From a virus (Duplodnaviria; Caudoviricetes): a DNA stretch of 46,706 nucleotides. The notes beneath the pieces were generated by a model. The model ran no database searches and was not told the DNA's origin. It saw only the letters and a program-made list of their open reading frames with translations. The position numbers were made by a program, and so were the translations under genes. Below are positions 20,124-30,128 of this stretch, one piece after another. Position 1 is the first letter of the stretch. Each line of letters opens with the position of its first letter. The stretch spans positions 1 to 46,706 of IMG/VR virus record IMGVR_UViG_3300035532_000115; one strand, 5' to 3'.

Positions 20124-22333
20124 TGACAGATTATATACCCCCAAAAGATATTGAAATTCCATTTAAATTTAGTGATGACGGCTACGCACCGCCTGATTTT
20201 AACAGCATACTGTCTAAAGATCTTCCTAACTCAGCTAACATATCTCTTAAAAATATTATTACTGGTATTGAAGTATTCCATGAAAGTGATTCTTTAAAAG
20301 AGTGTATTACTCATTCGGTAGGGTATTCGTCTGGAGATATACAAGTATTTAAAAGTGGTTGTGTTTATATTGGCATTAGGGATGTTTCCGTATATTTAAA
20401 AACAGTTAATTTAAGAAATATACCTGTATATATTAAGACATGTTTAACTGAAGCTATTGATATAGCTACGCAGTTAAAAGGTTGGGATACAGAAGTTATT
20501 GCTAATATTAACAATGTTTTTAAAGGTTGGTTAATTGAAAAACCTGTTGAACTGCCTGTATATTTAAAACAAGGTTTAAGAGATCAAATTGATTTAACAC
20601 AGTATTTAAAAGTTTTTCAATTTCAACAGGATCACTTTATTGAAATAATAAAAGGTTGGAATACTGGTGCTGTCAAAGATTTATTTAATACTGTTAAATC
20701 TTGGTATCAAGAAGATTTTGATATTTCTAAATATATTAAATCTACTATACAAGATACTGAAGATTTAAGTACTATTGTTTACAAAATATGGCAACATAAT
20801 AATAAAGAAGTTAATTTAATGTTACACGGCTGGCAATCAGCTAATTTAAATTTTTTAATGCAATCTTTACATATTGAAGATTTGTTGGTTATGGTGAGGG
20901 CCACTTACTTTGGTAATATATCTGCTTTTTTATATCCTATTTTGCCTGTGGATATTGAAGCATCGCTTATGGGTTGGGCTACACAAGATTTATTTATAAA
21001 TATAGCAAAAGGGTTTTATGGTGGGGATTTACCTATCCAAGTTACTGGAATAGCTTCTGTGAATTTACCAACATATTTGAATGGTAAACTTGGTATTAAT
21101 GTAACAAAAGATTTAAATTGTATTATGACAAATTTGGCTGTTGGAAATCTGCCTACGTATTTAAATACTATTGCGTATTCTGATTTAAATACCATGTTAA
21201 CATCATCGCGGTTTACAGCCGATTTGGGATTTAAAATATATCCAAAAATTGTTTTTGTTAGGCACAATATAAATGTTTCTTTTCTAGAACATAGAGATTT
21301 AGCGGCTTCCATTAATCATACTTGTATAAGTTCTTCTTTTAATGACTTATCAATTTCAATGCTAAGTAAGCATAAATTCGATTTACCTTCTACTGTTTAT
21401 GGAAGTGATGGTAGTAATATAGTTGATTTAGGTATTTTTATTAATTCTTATGATTATATAGTTCAAAATACTATACCTGTTAAGTATATCAATTTAAGTC
21501 CTAAAACTTATATTAATGCTAATTATAAAAATACACTTATTTATAATTTTAATACGATCGATGTGTATAGTACTGATGTGTTTATGAAAAGTACTGCTGA
21601 TTTGGCTTATAGTATTACTGGTGATATGTTATATAGTGATTTGGGTGTAAGGGTACATCCGTATTCTAATCCGCATTATGGTACACCTATAACTCAAAAA
21701 TTTATAATTTTAAAGTTAAAAAATAATATTGAAGATTTTAGGAAGTATGCCCAATTAACTTTTAACTCTTATGTTAACAAATATTATTACTTTTCAGGAA
21801 ATCAAAAAGCATATAGAGCTTTTAAAAATGATCATTGGGTTGTAAGGGTAGAAGGTTATGAAGCGCTGCCTGTTGGTTCTGGGTTTGAGAAAACCAAAGT
21901 AAGCCGTAAATATATTTTTAATTTAAATTCATATGAAACTATTGACGCTGCCATTAAAGATATGATTGATAGAGTAACTCAACTCAGGGATTCAGATTTA
22001 GGAGTTTCTATAGTACCAACAGGTGGTGTTTATAATGATTTAAATATTCAAGTGATGCCTAATGATATGTACGGTATTTCAGCTCGTAAAAGGTATTACA
22101 CTAATAGGATTTTAAGGGGCTCAATTTTAATAACTATACCAATGACTGTTGATTTACCTTCACATATTACACCTAATAGTTTGAAGTGGCAAAATGATTT
22201 ATCTTTTGGTATAGTAGGTATAGATGATTTTGGTTCTATAAATGAATCGGTGAATTTTAATTTTGAAGGTTCAGGCGATTCAATTCCTCCTTCAGATCAA
22301 GTAGACTTTATATTCCCACTTGGAGAAGATTGA
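20123..22333 (+). CDS. Putative structural protein with degenerate DL...I.G repeats
   Basis: TAATG coupling to the previous gene; recurring DL-x3-I-x-G/KGW units; similar PP...F-x-F motifs at both termini. Confidence 0.55.
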   Translation: MTDYIPPKDIEIPFKFSDDGYAPPDFNSILSKDLPNSANISLKNIITGIEVFHESDSLKECITHSVGYSSGDIQVFKSGCVYIGIRDVSVYLKTVNLRNIPVYIKTCLTEAIDIATQLKGWDTEVIANINNVFKGWLIEKPVELPVYLKQGLRDQIDLTQYLKVFQFQQDHFIEIIKGWNTGAVKDLFNTVKSWYQEDFDISKYIKSTIQDTEDLSTIVYKIWQHNNKEVNLMLHGWQSANLNFLMQSLHIEDLLVMVRATYFGNISAFLYPILPVDIEASLMGWATQDLFINIAKGFYGGDLPIQVTGIASVNLPTYLNGKLGINVTKDLNCIMTNLAVGNLPTYLNTIAYSDLNTMLTSSRFTADLGFKIYPKIVFVRHNINVSFLEHRDLAASINHTCISSSFNDLSISMLSKHKFDLPSTVYGSDGSNIVDLGIFINSYDYIVQNTIPVKYINLSPKTYINANYKNTLIYNFNTIDVYSTDVFMKSTADLAYSITGDMLYSDLGVRVHPYSNPHYGTPITQKFIILKLKNNIEDFRKYAQLTFNSYVNKYYYFSGNQKAYRAFKNDHWVVRVEGYEALPVGSGFEKTKVSRKYIFNLNSYETIDAAIKDMIDRVTQLRDSDLGVSIVPTGGVYNDLNIQVMPNDMYGISARKRYYTNRILRGSILITIPMTVDLPSHITPNSLKWQNDLSFGIVGIDDFGSINESVNFNFEGSGDSIPPSDQVDFIFPLGED

Positions 22334-24243
22334 TGGCGATATTAAGAGTTGGTTTAAATAGGACATATAGAACCATAGAGGACGCTTATTTTATGGCCCA
22401 ATATGGTGACATTTTACTTATTGATGAGGGTATTTATAAAGAGCAGGTTACTATTAGTGATAGTAAGTATGTACATCTTGTAGGTAATACAAAAGATCCA
22501 TCTTTAGGTAAAGTTAAAATTGAACCTCCTAATGAGGCTGGTAGTGGGTGTTTAGTTTTTTCACATATTGGGATCACAGTAACAATATATATAGAAGGTA
22601 TAAATTTTAAACTACCCTCACTTAGTACTTTGGAAGTTGTGTCTGCTTTGGGTTGTTATAATACTAATTTAGTATTTAATAGGTGTATACTAAATGCAAC
22701 TCATCTACATTCGTATGTATTTGATTGTAATTCCAATGGTGTAACCTCAATAGTTTTAAATAATTGTAACATTATTTGGAAAGATGATTATGTTTATGGT
22801 AGTAGTTTAGCTAGACACTTTGAACGTTCTGGTAGATATGTAGAATATGAAATAAATAGATGTATTTTTAGTAATTCAATAGATAATTTAGATCCTAATT
22901 ATTTTACACTCCCTAGTAAAATAGGACCAAATGAATTAAATACAAGTAATACTGTTTATTCTTGTTCAAACCCATCTGCTTATATGAATGATATGTATAA
23001 ACTTTTTGATGAGATGCCTAATACTACTACACCTAGTACATCAAACCATGATAATTATACTCTTACATTTACTACTGATTTTGGGAACGGTAACGAAAAA
23101 AGAGCGTATTATTTTCGTTTTCTGGCAGCTTTTTCAGATGTTTCTATGTTAGCCCTTTATGGTTCTTATGATGGTGCAGATTGGGTGGAAATTCTATACC
23201 GTAACTATTCGTCTACTAGTTATATTTTTTATTTAGATTTGGAAGAATCTTATAGATATTATAAATTAGATGTTAGCATTTCTGATAGATATCCTTCATT
23301 TTCTGATTACACGTTATCTACTGAAAATTTATATTATGTACCTTTTGATTATACATTAAAATCCTGTTTAGTAGGCTACGGTCCATATTATGGGAATTAT
23401 GTTAATGATGTTATAGATAATTATTATATTAAAGGGAAGGTAAGTGATCCTTTTTCAAAAGCTGAACCAACTGATTCAGTAACTTTTGACAGTTATAATG
23501 GATCTAGTGCGTTACAATTGTCTAACGGGAATTTGACTGTTAGTTTACCTGCTTCTTATTTAAATCAACATAAATCCATTAAAGCTACTGTAGGTAAACA
23601 GACTGGAAAATGGTATTTTGAATTTAGAAACCGTGAAAATTATACAGCAAATTTAAGTAGGGTAGGTTTTGGTACTTTTGATGCTATTAATGAATATGCA
23701 TGTGGGGGTGCTGATGCTAAAAGTTGGGCATTAGAATTAGGTGATGGTGTTTTTTATCATGGTAATGAAGTTTTTGGCCAAATTTCTAAAGTCGATTATA
23801 ATAGTATAGTTGGAGTTGCTTTAGATTTAAATAATAATAAAGCGTGGTTTTCTGTTGATGGTGAATGGGCGTTAGAAGGTAATCCGTCAGATGGAACAAA
23901 TCCCATATTTACTTTTGATAATACTAAATTATTTCCAATGGTTTCTTTATATAATAAATATGTTTTAGTTCCTTATATAGATGTTATTTTTAATCCTGAT
24001 GATTTAACTTATGGTATACCAAATGGGTTCGAATATTATAGTGAATCGGTCAAATGGAAAGTAAATTATTATAATGCTAATACCAATGAGTGTTTTGGTT
24101 ATGTATATACTGATGAAGAAGGTGATTATAAAATAAATACTTCTTATTCAGGAACTCATTTTTTAATATGTAATGATGCTTCAAATAGTCCACCATATGA
24201 CGATTTAATATATAGCAATTTAATACCAAAGGAGTATGTGTAG
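22333..24243 (+). CDS. Putative receptor-binding protein: beta-helix-like N-terminus, discoidin-like and SPRY/B30.2 domains
   Basis: TIEDA...GDILLIDEGIY N-terminus; SPRY motifs LSNGNLTV...GKWYFEF...GVALDL...AWF...LFPMVS. The ATG at 22333 overlaps the previous TGA. Confidence 0.65.
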   Translation: MAILRVGLNRTYRTIEDAYFMAQYGDILLIDEGIYKEQVTISDSKYVHLVGNTKDPSLGKVKIEPPNEAGSGCLVFSHIGITVTIYIEGINFKLPSLSTLEVVSALGCYNTNLVFNRCILNATHLHSYVFDCNSNGVTSIVLNNCNIIWKDDYVYGSSLARHFERSGRYVEYEINRCIFSNSIDNLDPNYFTLPSKIGPNELNTSNTVYSCSNPSAYMNDMYKLFDEMPNTTTPSTSNHDNYTLTFTTDFGNGNEKRAYYFRFLAAFSDVSMLALYGSYDGADWVEILYRNYSSTSYIFYLDLEESYRYYKLDVSISDRYPSFSDYTLSTENLYYVPFDYTLKSCLVGYGPYYGNYVNDVIDNYYIKGKVSDPFSKAEPTDSVTFDSYNGSSALQLSNGNLTVSLPASYLNQHKSIKATVGKQTGKWYFEFRNRENYTANLSRVGFGTFDAINEYACGGADAKSWALELGDGVFYHGNEVFGQISKVDYNSIVGVALDLNNNKAWFSVDGEWALEGNPSDGTNPIFTFDNTKLFPMVSLYNKYVLVPYIDVIFNPDDLTYGIPNGFEYYSESVKWKVNYYNANTNECFGYVYTDEEGDYKINTSYSGTHFLICNDASNSPPYDDLIYSNLIPKEYV

Positions 24244-25574
24244 TGGCCATTATTAGTGTGGGTTTAGATAAAGATTTTTTAACTATACAAGATGCTTTTA
24301 ATTACGCATCTAATGGGGACACTATTCTTATTGATGAGGGTGAGTATAATGAATCACTTTATTTTATAAATAAGGCTGTTAATTTAGTAGGTAATACTGA
24401 TTATCCTTCAGAAGGTAATGTAATTATAAAACCCATTAGTAATTCTACAAGTACAAATTTACTTTTTGATATACCGTTAAGGGTGTTGTACTCCCCTTCC
24501 GAACCTACTCAGACTATGTATATAGAAGGGGTCAATTTAATTTCCGCATTAAACAGTTTTGAGCATTCTTTAGTTAGGTTTGAGCAGGCCTCTGCTGGTA
24601 CTACCTCTTTATTAAATATAATATTTAATAAATGTATTTTGGATGCTTCGAATGGGTCTAGTTGTCCGAGTGGTTGGGTAGTTTTTGATAGTCAACAGAC
24701 TTCTGGTTATCCTATAAGTGGGATAACTTTATCCAATTGTAAGATACTATGGCCCTCAGAAGATGACTTGTTTGATGATGAGTTTCCTTTAATACCTGAA
24801 AAAAATTTAATTAAATGTATATTAAGTAATAGACCTTCTAGAGGTATTTTTGGCAGTGGTGTTGATTTTTGTGATGAATCTGGTACAGTAAAGTTTTCTA
24901 ATGGTTGGACTGGGACAAAGCACGTAGATGGTGATATTATTTCATACGAATCGCTTGATCGTGATGATTGGTTAGAACATAAATTTCCATCACCCATACC
25001 ATTAAATCAATTTAGGGTGCATGGGTCTTCTGGAACCTATGCTTATAATGGTTCCGGGTTTACTTTAAAGGCGTCTAATACAGGAGCTTTTTCAGGTGAA
25101 GAGGTGATTTTATACCATGATACAAAAGGACAAGGTACAGATTGGGCAACTTATAATTTTGAAAATAGTGTGGCCTATTCCTACATTCGTGTGTATAATA
25201 CAGGTACATATTGGACTTGGAAAATTACTGAAATGGAGTGTAGGGTTGTTGATTTTGAGGCTGAAGATTATATTTTAATAGACGACACATATGATTTTCA
25301 ATATGGTCCGAAATATTCTTCCTTTATCACTACAATTCCACCAACTCACTGTTTTTCTGGAACAGTTTCTTTAAATAATGTTCCAGTTTCTAGAGAGTTA
25401 AAAATATTTAGGAGGGATAATGGGGCACTTTTGGGCTCAACAACTTCTTATAGTGGAACTGGTAATTATTATTTTGAACTTGCTTTTGGAGGGCACATTG
25501 ATGTGGTATGTTCAGATGATCTTAGTGAGCCTTATTATAATGACCTTATTAAAGTTAGATATTTCCCTAATTAA
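24243..25574 (+). CDS. Paralogue of the upstream putative receptor-binding protein, without the SPRY domain
   Basis: Shared N-terminus TIQDA...GDTILIDEGEY...LVGNT and shared C-terminus C-x-D...Y-x-DLI; GTG start overlaps the previous TAG. Confidence 0.65.
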   Translation: MAIISVGLDKDFLTIQDAFNYASNGDTILIDEGEYNESLYFINKAVNLVGNTDYPSEGNVIIKPISNSTSTNLLFDIPLRVLYSPSEPTQTMYIEGVNLISALNSFEHSLVRFEQASAGTTSLLNIIFNKCILDASNGSSCPSGWVVFDSQQTSGYPISGITLSNCKILWPSEDDLFDDEFPLIPEKNLIKCILSNRPSRGIFGSGVDFCDESGTVKFSNGWTGTKHVDGDIISYESLDRDDWLEHKFPSPIPLNQFRVHGSSGTYAYNGSGFTLKASNTGAFSGEEVILYHDTKGQGTDWATYNFENSVAYSYIRVYNTGTYWTWKITEMECRVVDFEAEDYILIDDTYDFQYGPKYSSFITTIPPTHCFSGTVSLNNVPVSRELKIFRRDNGALLGSTTSYSGTGNYYFELAFGGHIDVVCSDDLSEPYYNDLIKVRYFPN

Positions 25575-25600
25575 TATTTAATTTAAAACTGTTTTAATAT

Positions 25601-25630
25601 TTGACAACCATTATTTGTGTATTATATTAT
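25601..25630 (+). promoter_or_regulatory. sigma70/sigmaA-type promoter, copy 1
   Basis: TTGACA (25601-06), N16, TATATT (25623-28), in an intergenic gap. Confidence 0.6.
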
Positions 25631-25636
25631 ACCAGT

Positions 25637-25664
25637 GTGTGACAAAAGTTTGTTATACTTTTTT
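25637..25664 (+). terminator. Weak intrinsic terminator candidate at the end of the structural module
   Basis: GTGTGACAA-AAGT-TTGTTATAC stem (with G-U pairs) followed by T6. Confidence 0.4.
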
Positions 25665-25693
25665 AATTGAAAAAATATTTTTAATAAATGTTC

Positions 25694-25724
25694 TTGACAA
25701 GTCTGTTTTATGTGTTATATTATA
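25694..25724 (+). promoter_or_regulatory. sigma70/sigmaA-type promoter, copy 2 (upstream of the beta clamp gene)
   Basis: TTGACA (25694-99), N16, TATATT (25716-21), with extended -10 TGn. Confidence 0.7.
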
Positions 25725-25816
25725 TTTCGTTAGTTGGAAATATTTAACTAACTTTAACTAACTTTATGTATGTATATATATAAAATAATAACAATTAAAA
25801 ATATGGGGTAGAATTT

Positions 25817-26941
25817 ATGGAGTTTGATTTAAAAGTTCAAGATGCTCAATATGCTATTAAGTTGTTGGGTGTTACTGCTAAACTTAATACTACAGATTTT
25901 GAAGGCCAAATCCTTATAAAAGTACTTGAAGATAAAGTACTTTTCATATCTAATAATGGAAGTTCTGGAATTTCTTGTGAAGTTCCAGCAACTATTACCA
26001 CGCCTGGTCAGGCGTCTCTTTTATTTAGTCAAATAAAGACATTTTTTATGACATTTTCACAATGGGATGGTGAGTATGGTGTAAAAAAGTTCGATTTTAA
26101 AACTAAAGATGAAAAACTAATTGTATATGCCAAGATTCATAACGAAAGTGGCCGTATAACTAATAGCCGTCTTAAGTTAGATACACAAGCACCTTCGGCT
26201 TTTTTAACTGAGGTTAATATTCAAGAACCCAATCTTATTTTAAATTCTAGTATAATTAAAACTGCTATTGAAAAAAGTTTTTATGCAATTGATAAAAATA
26301 GTGTACAAGACTATGTACGTGGGTTGCGTGTTCTTGTTGAAGATTCAGCTGTTAAGTTTACTACTACAAATGGTGCTGTAGTTTCTGATTTTACTATTAA
26401 GGGCGAGGGACCCCTTAAAGATGGGGAATACTTTTTATCCTTTGAATTTCTTTCTGGGCTAAGACGACTTCTTACAGATGACACTCAGTTATTTTTTGAG
26501 TTACAAAGAACTAAAAACATGTTATCCTTTGATAATGTAATTTATTGGTCAAAGAGTACTATGTATAGAGAATATCCTGAATATAGTAGGGTTTTCGAGC
26601 TTGCAGATAAGTCATTGGTCCTTGATAAAAATACATTACTAAATGGTGTGTCATCCATTGAGGATGTTTGGGATTCTGATGATCATAATAGATTGACAAT
26701 AGAACTTAAAGATAATGAGCTTACTTTAACTACTGACAAAGCTCGTTTTGAATATGGAGAGTTTGAAGGTCTGCCTGATTTTGTAATAGATGTTGATGGG
26801 AAAGATTTTTTAAACATATTGAGAACTATCGCTGATGATGAAGTCAGATTGAAATGCGGTGATGAACGTCAAGGTATGACTGTTGAGTCTGTTGGTTGGG
26901 ATGATCATCGTGCTTATTTGGTAAGTCTTGTTAGGAGATAA
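25817..26941 (+). CDS. dnaN: DNA polymerase III beta sliding clamp-like protein
   Basis: 374 aa; clamp-like motifs ISCEVPATITTPG, YAIDK...VRGL, FTTTNG, EYPEYSRV, FLNILRTIADDEV; heads the replication module. Confidence 0.75.
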   Translation: MEFDLKVQDAQYAIKLLGVTAKLNTTDFEGQILIKVLEDKVLFISNNGSSGISCEVPATITTPGQASLLFSQIKTFFMTFSQWDGEYGVKKFDFKTKDEKLIVYAKIHNESGRITNSRLKLDTQAPSAFLTEVNIQEPNLILNSSIIKTAIEKSFYAIDKNSVQDYVRGLRVLVEDSAVKFTTTNGAVVSDFTIKGEGPLKDGEYFLSFEFLSGLRRLLTDDTQLFFELQRTKNMLSFDNVIYWSKSTMYREYPEYSRVFELADKSLVLDKNTLLNGVSSIEDVWDSDDHNRLTIELKDNELTLTTDKARFEYGEFEGLPDFVIDVDGKDFLNILRTIADDEVRLKCGDERQGMTVESVGWDDHRAYLVSLVRR

Positions 26942-26946
26942 CAAAT

Positions 26947-27546
26947 ATGTCTGTGGATAAAGAAGTTTTATTGGAGCAGCTATCTCCGTTAATTTCATCT
27001 ATAGATACCTTTAAAGAAGGTAATTTTTTACAACCCAATAGTACTTTATTTGATGCAGTGCTTAGTAATTGTATTTTATTGTTAGAAAAGCACTCGTTTG
27101 CTGTTACTAAGTGCGAAACATATACTAATAATATTAAAGATTTGCCAAGTTTAGTAAACCATTATTATAATTTTTTACGGTTTCGCTGTGGTAATATAGT
27201 AGCTAATAGGGATGCTGGGGCAGATATAGCTGCAGCTAAAACCTTAATTGCAAATATAGAGAATAACTATTCTTTTAACAGGAAACAGGCATTGGCTTTT
27301 GTATCTAAATTAATTATTACTTTGTTTAATAATTTAGACACTTTGAAAATAGAAGGTCATGTGTTAGCTATGTTTCGTGCTGTATTTGGTCAGAAAAAAA
27401 TGGCTTGGATAACTGAAAGTATTATTACTTGTTTAAATAATGAAGAGTTACGTACGGATAGAGCAGCAGCTCAAGCAGATATTGATACAGAAAAATATAT
27501 AAAATTAAAGAATGTCCAGTTTGGCTGGTTTAACGGGGAGGAATAG
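26947..27546 (+). CDS. Hypothetical protein
   Basis: 199-aa ORF with an AGGAG RBS, tightly packed; no recognised motif. Confidence 0.6.
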   Translation: MSVDKEVLLEQLSPLISSIDTFKEGNFLQPNSTLFDAVLSNCILLLEKHSFAVTKCETYTNNIKDLPSLVNHYYNFLRFRCGNIVANRDAGADIAAAKTLIANIENNYSFNRKQALAFVSKLIITLFNNLDTLKIEGHVLAMFRAVFGQKKMAWITESIITCLNNEELRTDRAAAQADIDTEKYIKLKNVQFGWFNGEE

Positions 27547-27547
27547 T

Positions 27548-28630
27548 ATGGCTAAAAAAAGTGTAGTTGAGAACACAAACAAATCAACAGATGCCTTAAT
27601 GGCGGCAATTAAGAAAAAGTATGGTAATGTTATTAACCCAATGTCTGAAAGTGCTGATGATATTAAGACTATTAGTACAGGTTCATTAGGTTTGGATATA
27701 GCATTAGGTAGAGGTGGGATGGCTATAGGACGCGTTTATGAGGTGTTTGGCCCCAATAGTAGTGGTAAGAGTACATTGGGTGTCCATGTGGTTATACAGG
27801 CCCAAAGAAGGGGTTTAAAGTGTGCTTATATAGATGCAGAACAAGCTGTCGATCCTAAATTATTTGAAAATTATGGTGTAGATCCAGAAAAATTAACAAT
27901 GATCAAAGCTTATGGCGGAGAGCCTAATTTGGACATTTGTGAGCGATTGATACAAACTGGCGAGTATTCTGTTATTGTTATTGATAGTGTTAGTGCTCTA
28001 ATTCCATTAGCTGAAGCTGAGGCAGATATGGATAAGGATTCTATGGCGTTACAAGCCCGTTTGATGAGTAAGGCTTTACGTAAAATTACTCCACAAGCTG
28101 CTGAAAATAATGTTCTATTAATTTTTGTAAACCAGACACGTATTAAAGTAGGTGCTTACGGTGATCCTACCACCACTACAGGGGGAGAGGCACTTAATTT
28201 TTGGGCAACCGGTAGAATAAAGGTACAAGGCCCAGAATCTAAAGCACGTAGATTGGTAGATAAAGCAACTGGCGAAGTATATGGCCATACTACAATTTTT
28301 GAGGTTGTAAAAAATAAACTAGGTGAGCCTTTTAGGAAGACAGATCTAAACCTTATTTACGGTAAGGGTTATGACCACGTACAAGAGTTGTTGACTCTTG
28401 CTGTTAGTTTGGATTTGGTTGAAAAGGCTGGTTCTTGGTTTAAATATGAAGGTGAAAATATAGCTCAAGGTGAATTCCAGACTGTTGAATATTTGCGTGA
28501 GAACAAAGAGATGTTTAATTCTTTGAGAGATGCTGTTGTTAAAATGACCGGGTTGGAGGAGGCTTATGAGTTACATAGCAATCCAGGTCCAAAACGTGTT
28601 AATGAAGTTGTTTCCGAGCAAACCGTTTAA
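27548..28630 (+). CDS. recA: RecA recombinase
   Basis: ISTGSLGLDIALG, Walker A GPNSSGKST, VIDSV, MALQARLMSKALRK, VVKNK. Start moved to ATG 27548, which follows a GGAGG RBS. Confidence 0.95.
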   Translation: MAKKSVVENTNKSTDALMAAIKKKYGNVINPMSESADDIKTISTGSLGLDIALGRGGMAIGRVYEVFGPNSSGKSTLGVHVVIQAQRRGLKCAYIDAEQAVDPKLFENYGVDPEKLTMIKAYGGEPNLDICERLIQTGEYSVIVIDSVSALIPLAEAEADMDKDSMALQARLMSKALRKITPQAAENNVLLIFVNQTRIKVGAYGDPTTTTGGEALNFWATGRIKVQGPESKARRLVDKATGEVYGHTTIFEVVKNKLGEPFRKTDLNLIYGKGYDHVQELLTLAVSLDLVEKAGSWFKYEGENIAQGEFQTVEYLRENKEMFNSLRDAVVKMTGLEEAYELHSNPGPKRVNEVVSEQTV

Positions 28631-28934
28631 ACAGGTTTTTTGTGAGCACTATGTAAAATACAAAGGGCACCGATTATTTTTTGATTTTTATATAAAGAAA
28701 ATCGGTGTCTTTATAGAGGTTCAAGGCCAGCAACATACAAAATTTGTTAGTCATTTTCATAGTGATAGAAAAGCTTTTTTACAACAACGGGAGCGTGACA
28801 ATTTGAAACGTATTTGGGCAGAAGAAAATGGGTATTGTTTAGTTCGTATAAATTACGATGAGATTATTACAGAAAATTTGGTTATGGATAAAATAAATAG
28901 AGCTATGGAAAATGAGGATGGTTTTTGTGAGTGA
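28566..28934 (+). CDS. Small PD-(D/E)XK endonuclease (DUF559/Vsr-like)
   Basis: FDFYI...IEVQGQQH...RD..K..WAEENG..LVRI; overlaps the recA 3' end. Confidence 0.7.
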   Translation: MSYIAIQVQNVLMKLFPSKPFKQVFCEHYVKYKGHRLFFDFYIKKIGVFIEVQGQQHTKFVSHFHSDRKAFLQQRERDNLKRIWAEENGYCLVRINYDEIITENLVMDKINRAMENEDGFCE

Positions 28935-28937
28935 GGT

Positions 28938-29804
28938 ATGGCTAAAAAATTAACATATGATTTTGTAAACTCTTCTTTTGAGAGCGAGGGTTATACTCTC
29001 CTCTCAAAGGAATATAAAAACAGTTATACAAAATTAGATTATAAATGTCCTGAAGGGCATATACATTCAATAATTTGGAACGCTTGGGCTAAAGGTAACA
29101 GATGCCCTTATTGTGCTGGTAATGCAAGATTGACTATAGATTTTGTTAGGAAATCTTTTGAGAGCGAAGGTTACGTATTATTGACCACTATGTATGTAAA
29201 TAATAGTACTAAATTAAAATATATTTGTCCAGTAGGACATAGACATAGTATGATTTGGAATAATTGGAAAAAAGGGCAAAGGTGCCCAGAATGTTCCAAT
29301 AATAATATAAAATTAACTATTGATTTTATACACAAAGAGTTTGATAAAGAAGGTTATACCTTACTCAGTAATACTTATGGTGGAGCTCATACTAAATTGG
29401 ATTACATTTGTCCATTTGGACACAAGCATGCTATTACTTGGACTAAGTGGCAATATGGTAGGAGGTGTCCTACTTGTGCAGTTATAAATAATTCAGCTGA
29501 AAACCATTATAATTGGCAAGGCGGAAAATCTTTTGAACTTTATTGTGAAATTTGGAAAGATAAAGAATTTAAACTTGACATAATGGAAAGGGATGCTTAT
29601 AGTTGTTTAAATCCTTACTGTAGCTCTAATAACCCGAACGATTTGACTATACATCATATAGATTACGATAAGAAAAATTGTCATCCAAAAAACCTTATTA
29701 CAGTATGTCGTTCTTGTAACAGTAGGGCTAATAAAGATAGAAAGTGGCACAAAGCCTGGTACCAAGCAATAATGCACAGGAGATATAATTATGACTATAA
29801 TTAA
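28938..29804 (+). CDS. HNH endonuclease with three N-terminal zinc-ribbon repeats (homing-endonuclease-like)
   Basis: Three units of GY-x-LL...CP-x-GH...W..G.RCP-x-C; ERD..CLNPYC...HHIDY...NLITVCRSCN. Confidence 0.85.
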   Translation: MAKKLTYDFVNSSFESEGYTLLSKEYKNSYTKLDYKCPEGHIHSIIWNAWAKGNRCPYCAGNARLTIDFVRKSFESEGYVLLTTMYVNNSTKLKYICPVGHRHSMIWNNWKKGQRCPECSNNNIKLTIDFIHKEFDKEGYTLLSNTYGGAHTKLDYICPFGHKHAITWTKWQYGRRCPTCAVINNSAENHYNWQGGKSFELYCEIWKDKEFKLDIMERDAYSCLNPYCSSNNPNDLTIHHIDYDKKNCHPKNLITVCRSCNSRANKDRKWHKAWYQAIMHRRYNYDYN

Positions 29805-30105
29805 AATTAATAACTATGATGATAATGATGGTCCTACAGAGGAGTCTATTAAATACAATAAAGATTGTCCTGATTTTAAAATTTTAGATGATGGGACGAT
29901 TCTTGGGGATTGTAGGTATTGTAATTTAAGTCTTCAATGTAGACAGGTGGGTGTAAATATGCGGGGTGAAGTTCTTCCTATGGAAGCACATCGTCTTCCT
30001 CTTTATGATAATTTTGGAGATAAGATTTCCGAAGAATTGTTTTGCACAGGTATGTTTGATTTGAGACCTTTAAAAGAACGTATTGAAGATGACAAAGTTT
30101 CTTAA
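29791..30105 (+). CDS. Hypothetical Cys-containing protein
   Basis: AGGAG RBS; CPDF and CRYC...C motifs. Confidence 0.55.
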   Translation: MTIIKINNYDDNDGPTEESIKYNKDCPDFKILDDGTILGDCRYCNLSLQCRQVGVNMRGEVLPMEAHRLPLYDNFGDKISEELFCTGMFDLRPLKERIEDDKVS

Positions 30106-30128
30106 AAATTTCTTAACGGGGGTTGACA

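Noticed and set aside
5736-25574. Diversity-generating retroelement acting on the tail genes
   Set aside because: No reverse transcriptase and no adenine-specific TR/VR repeat pair noticed.
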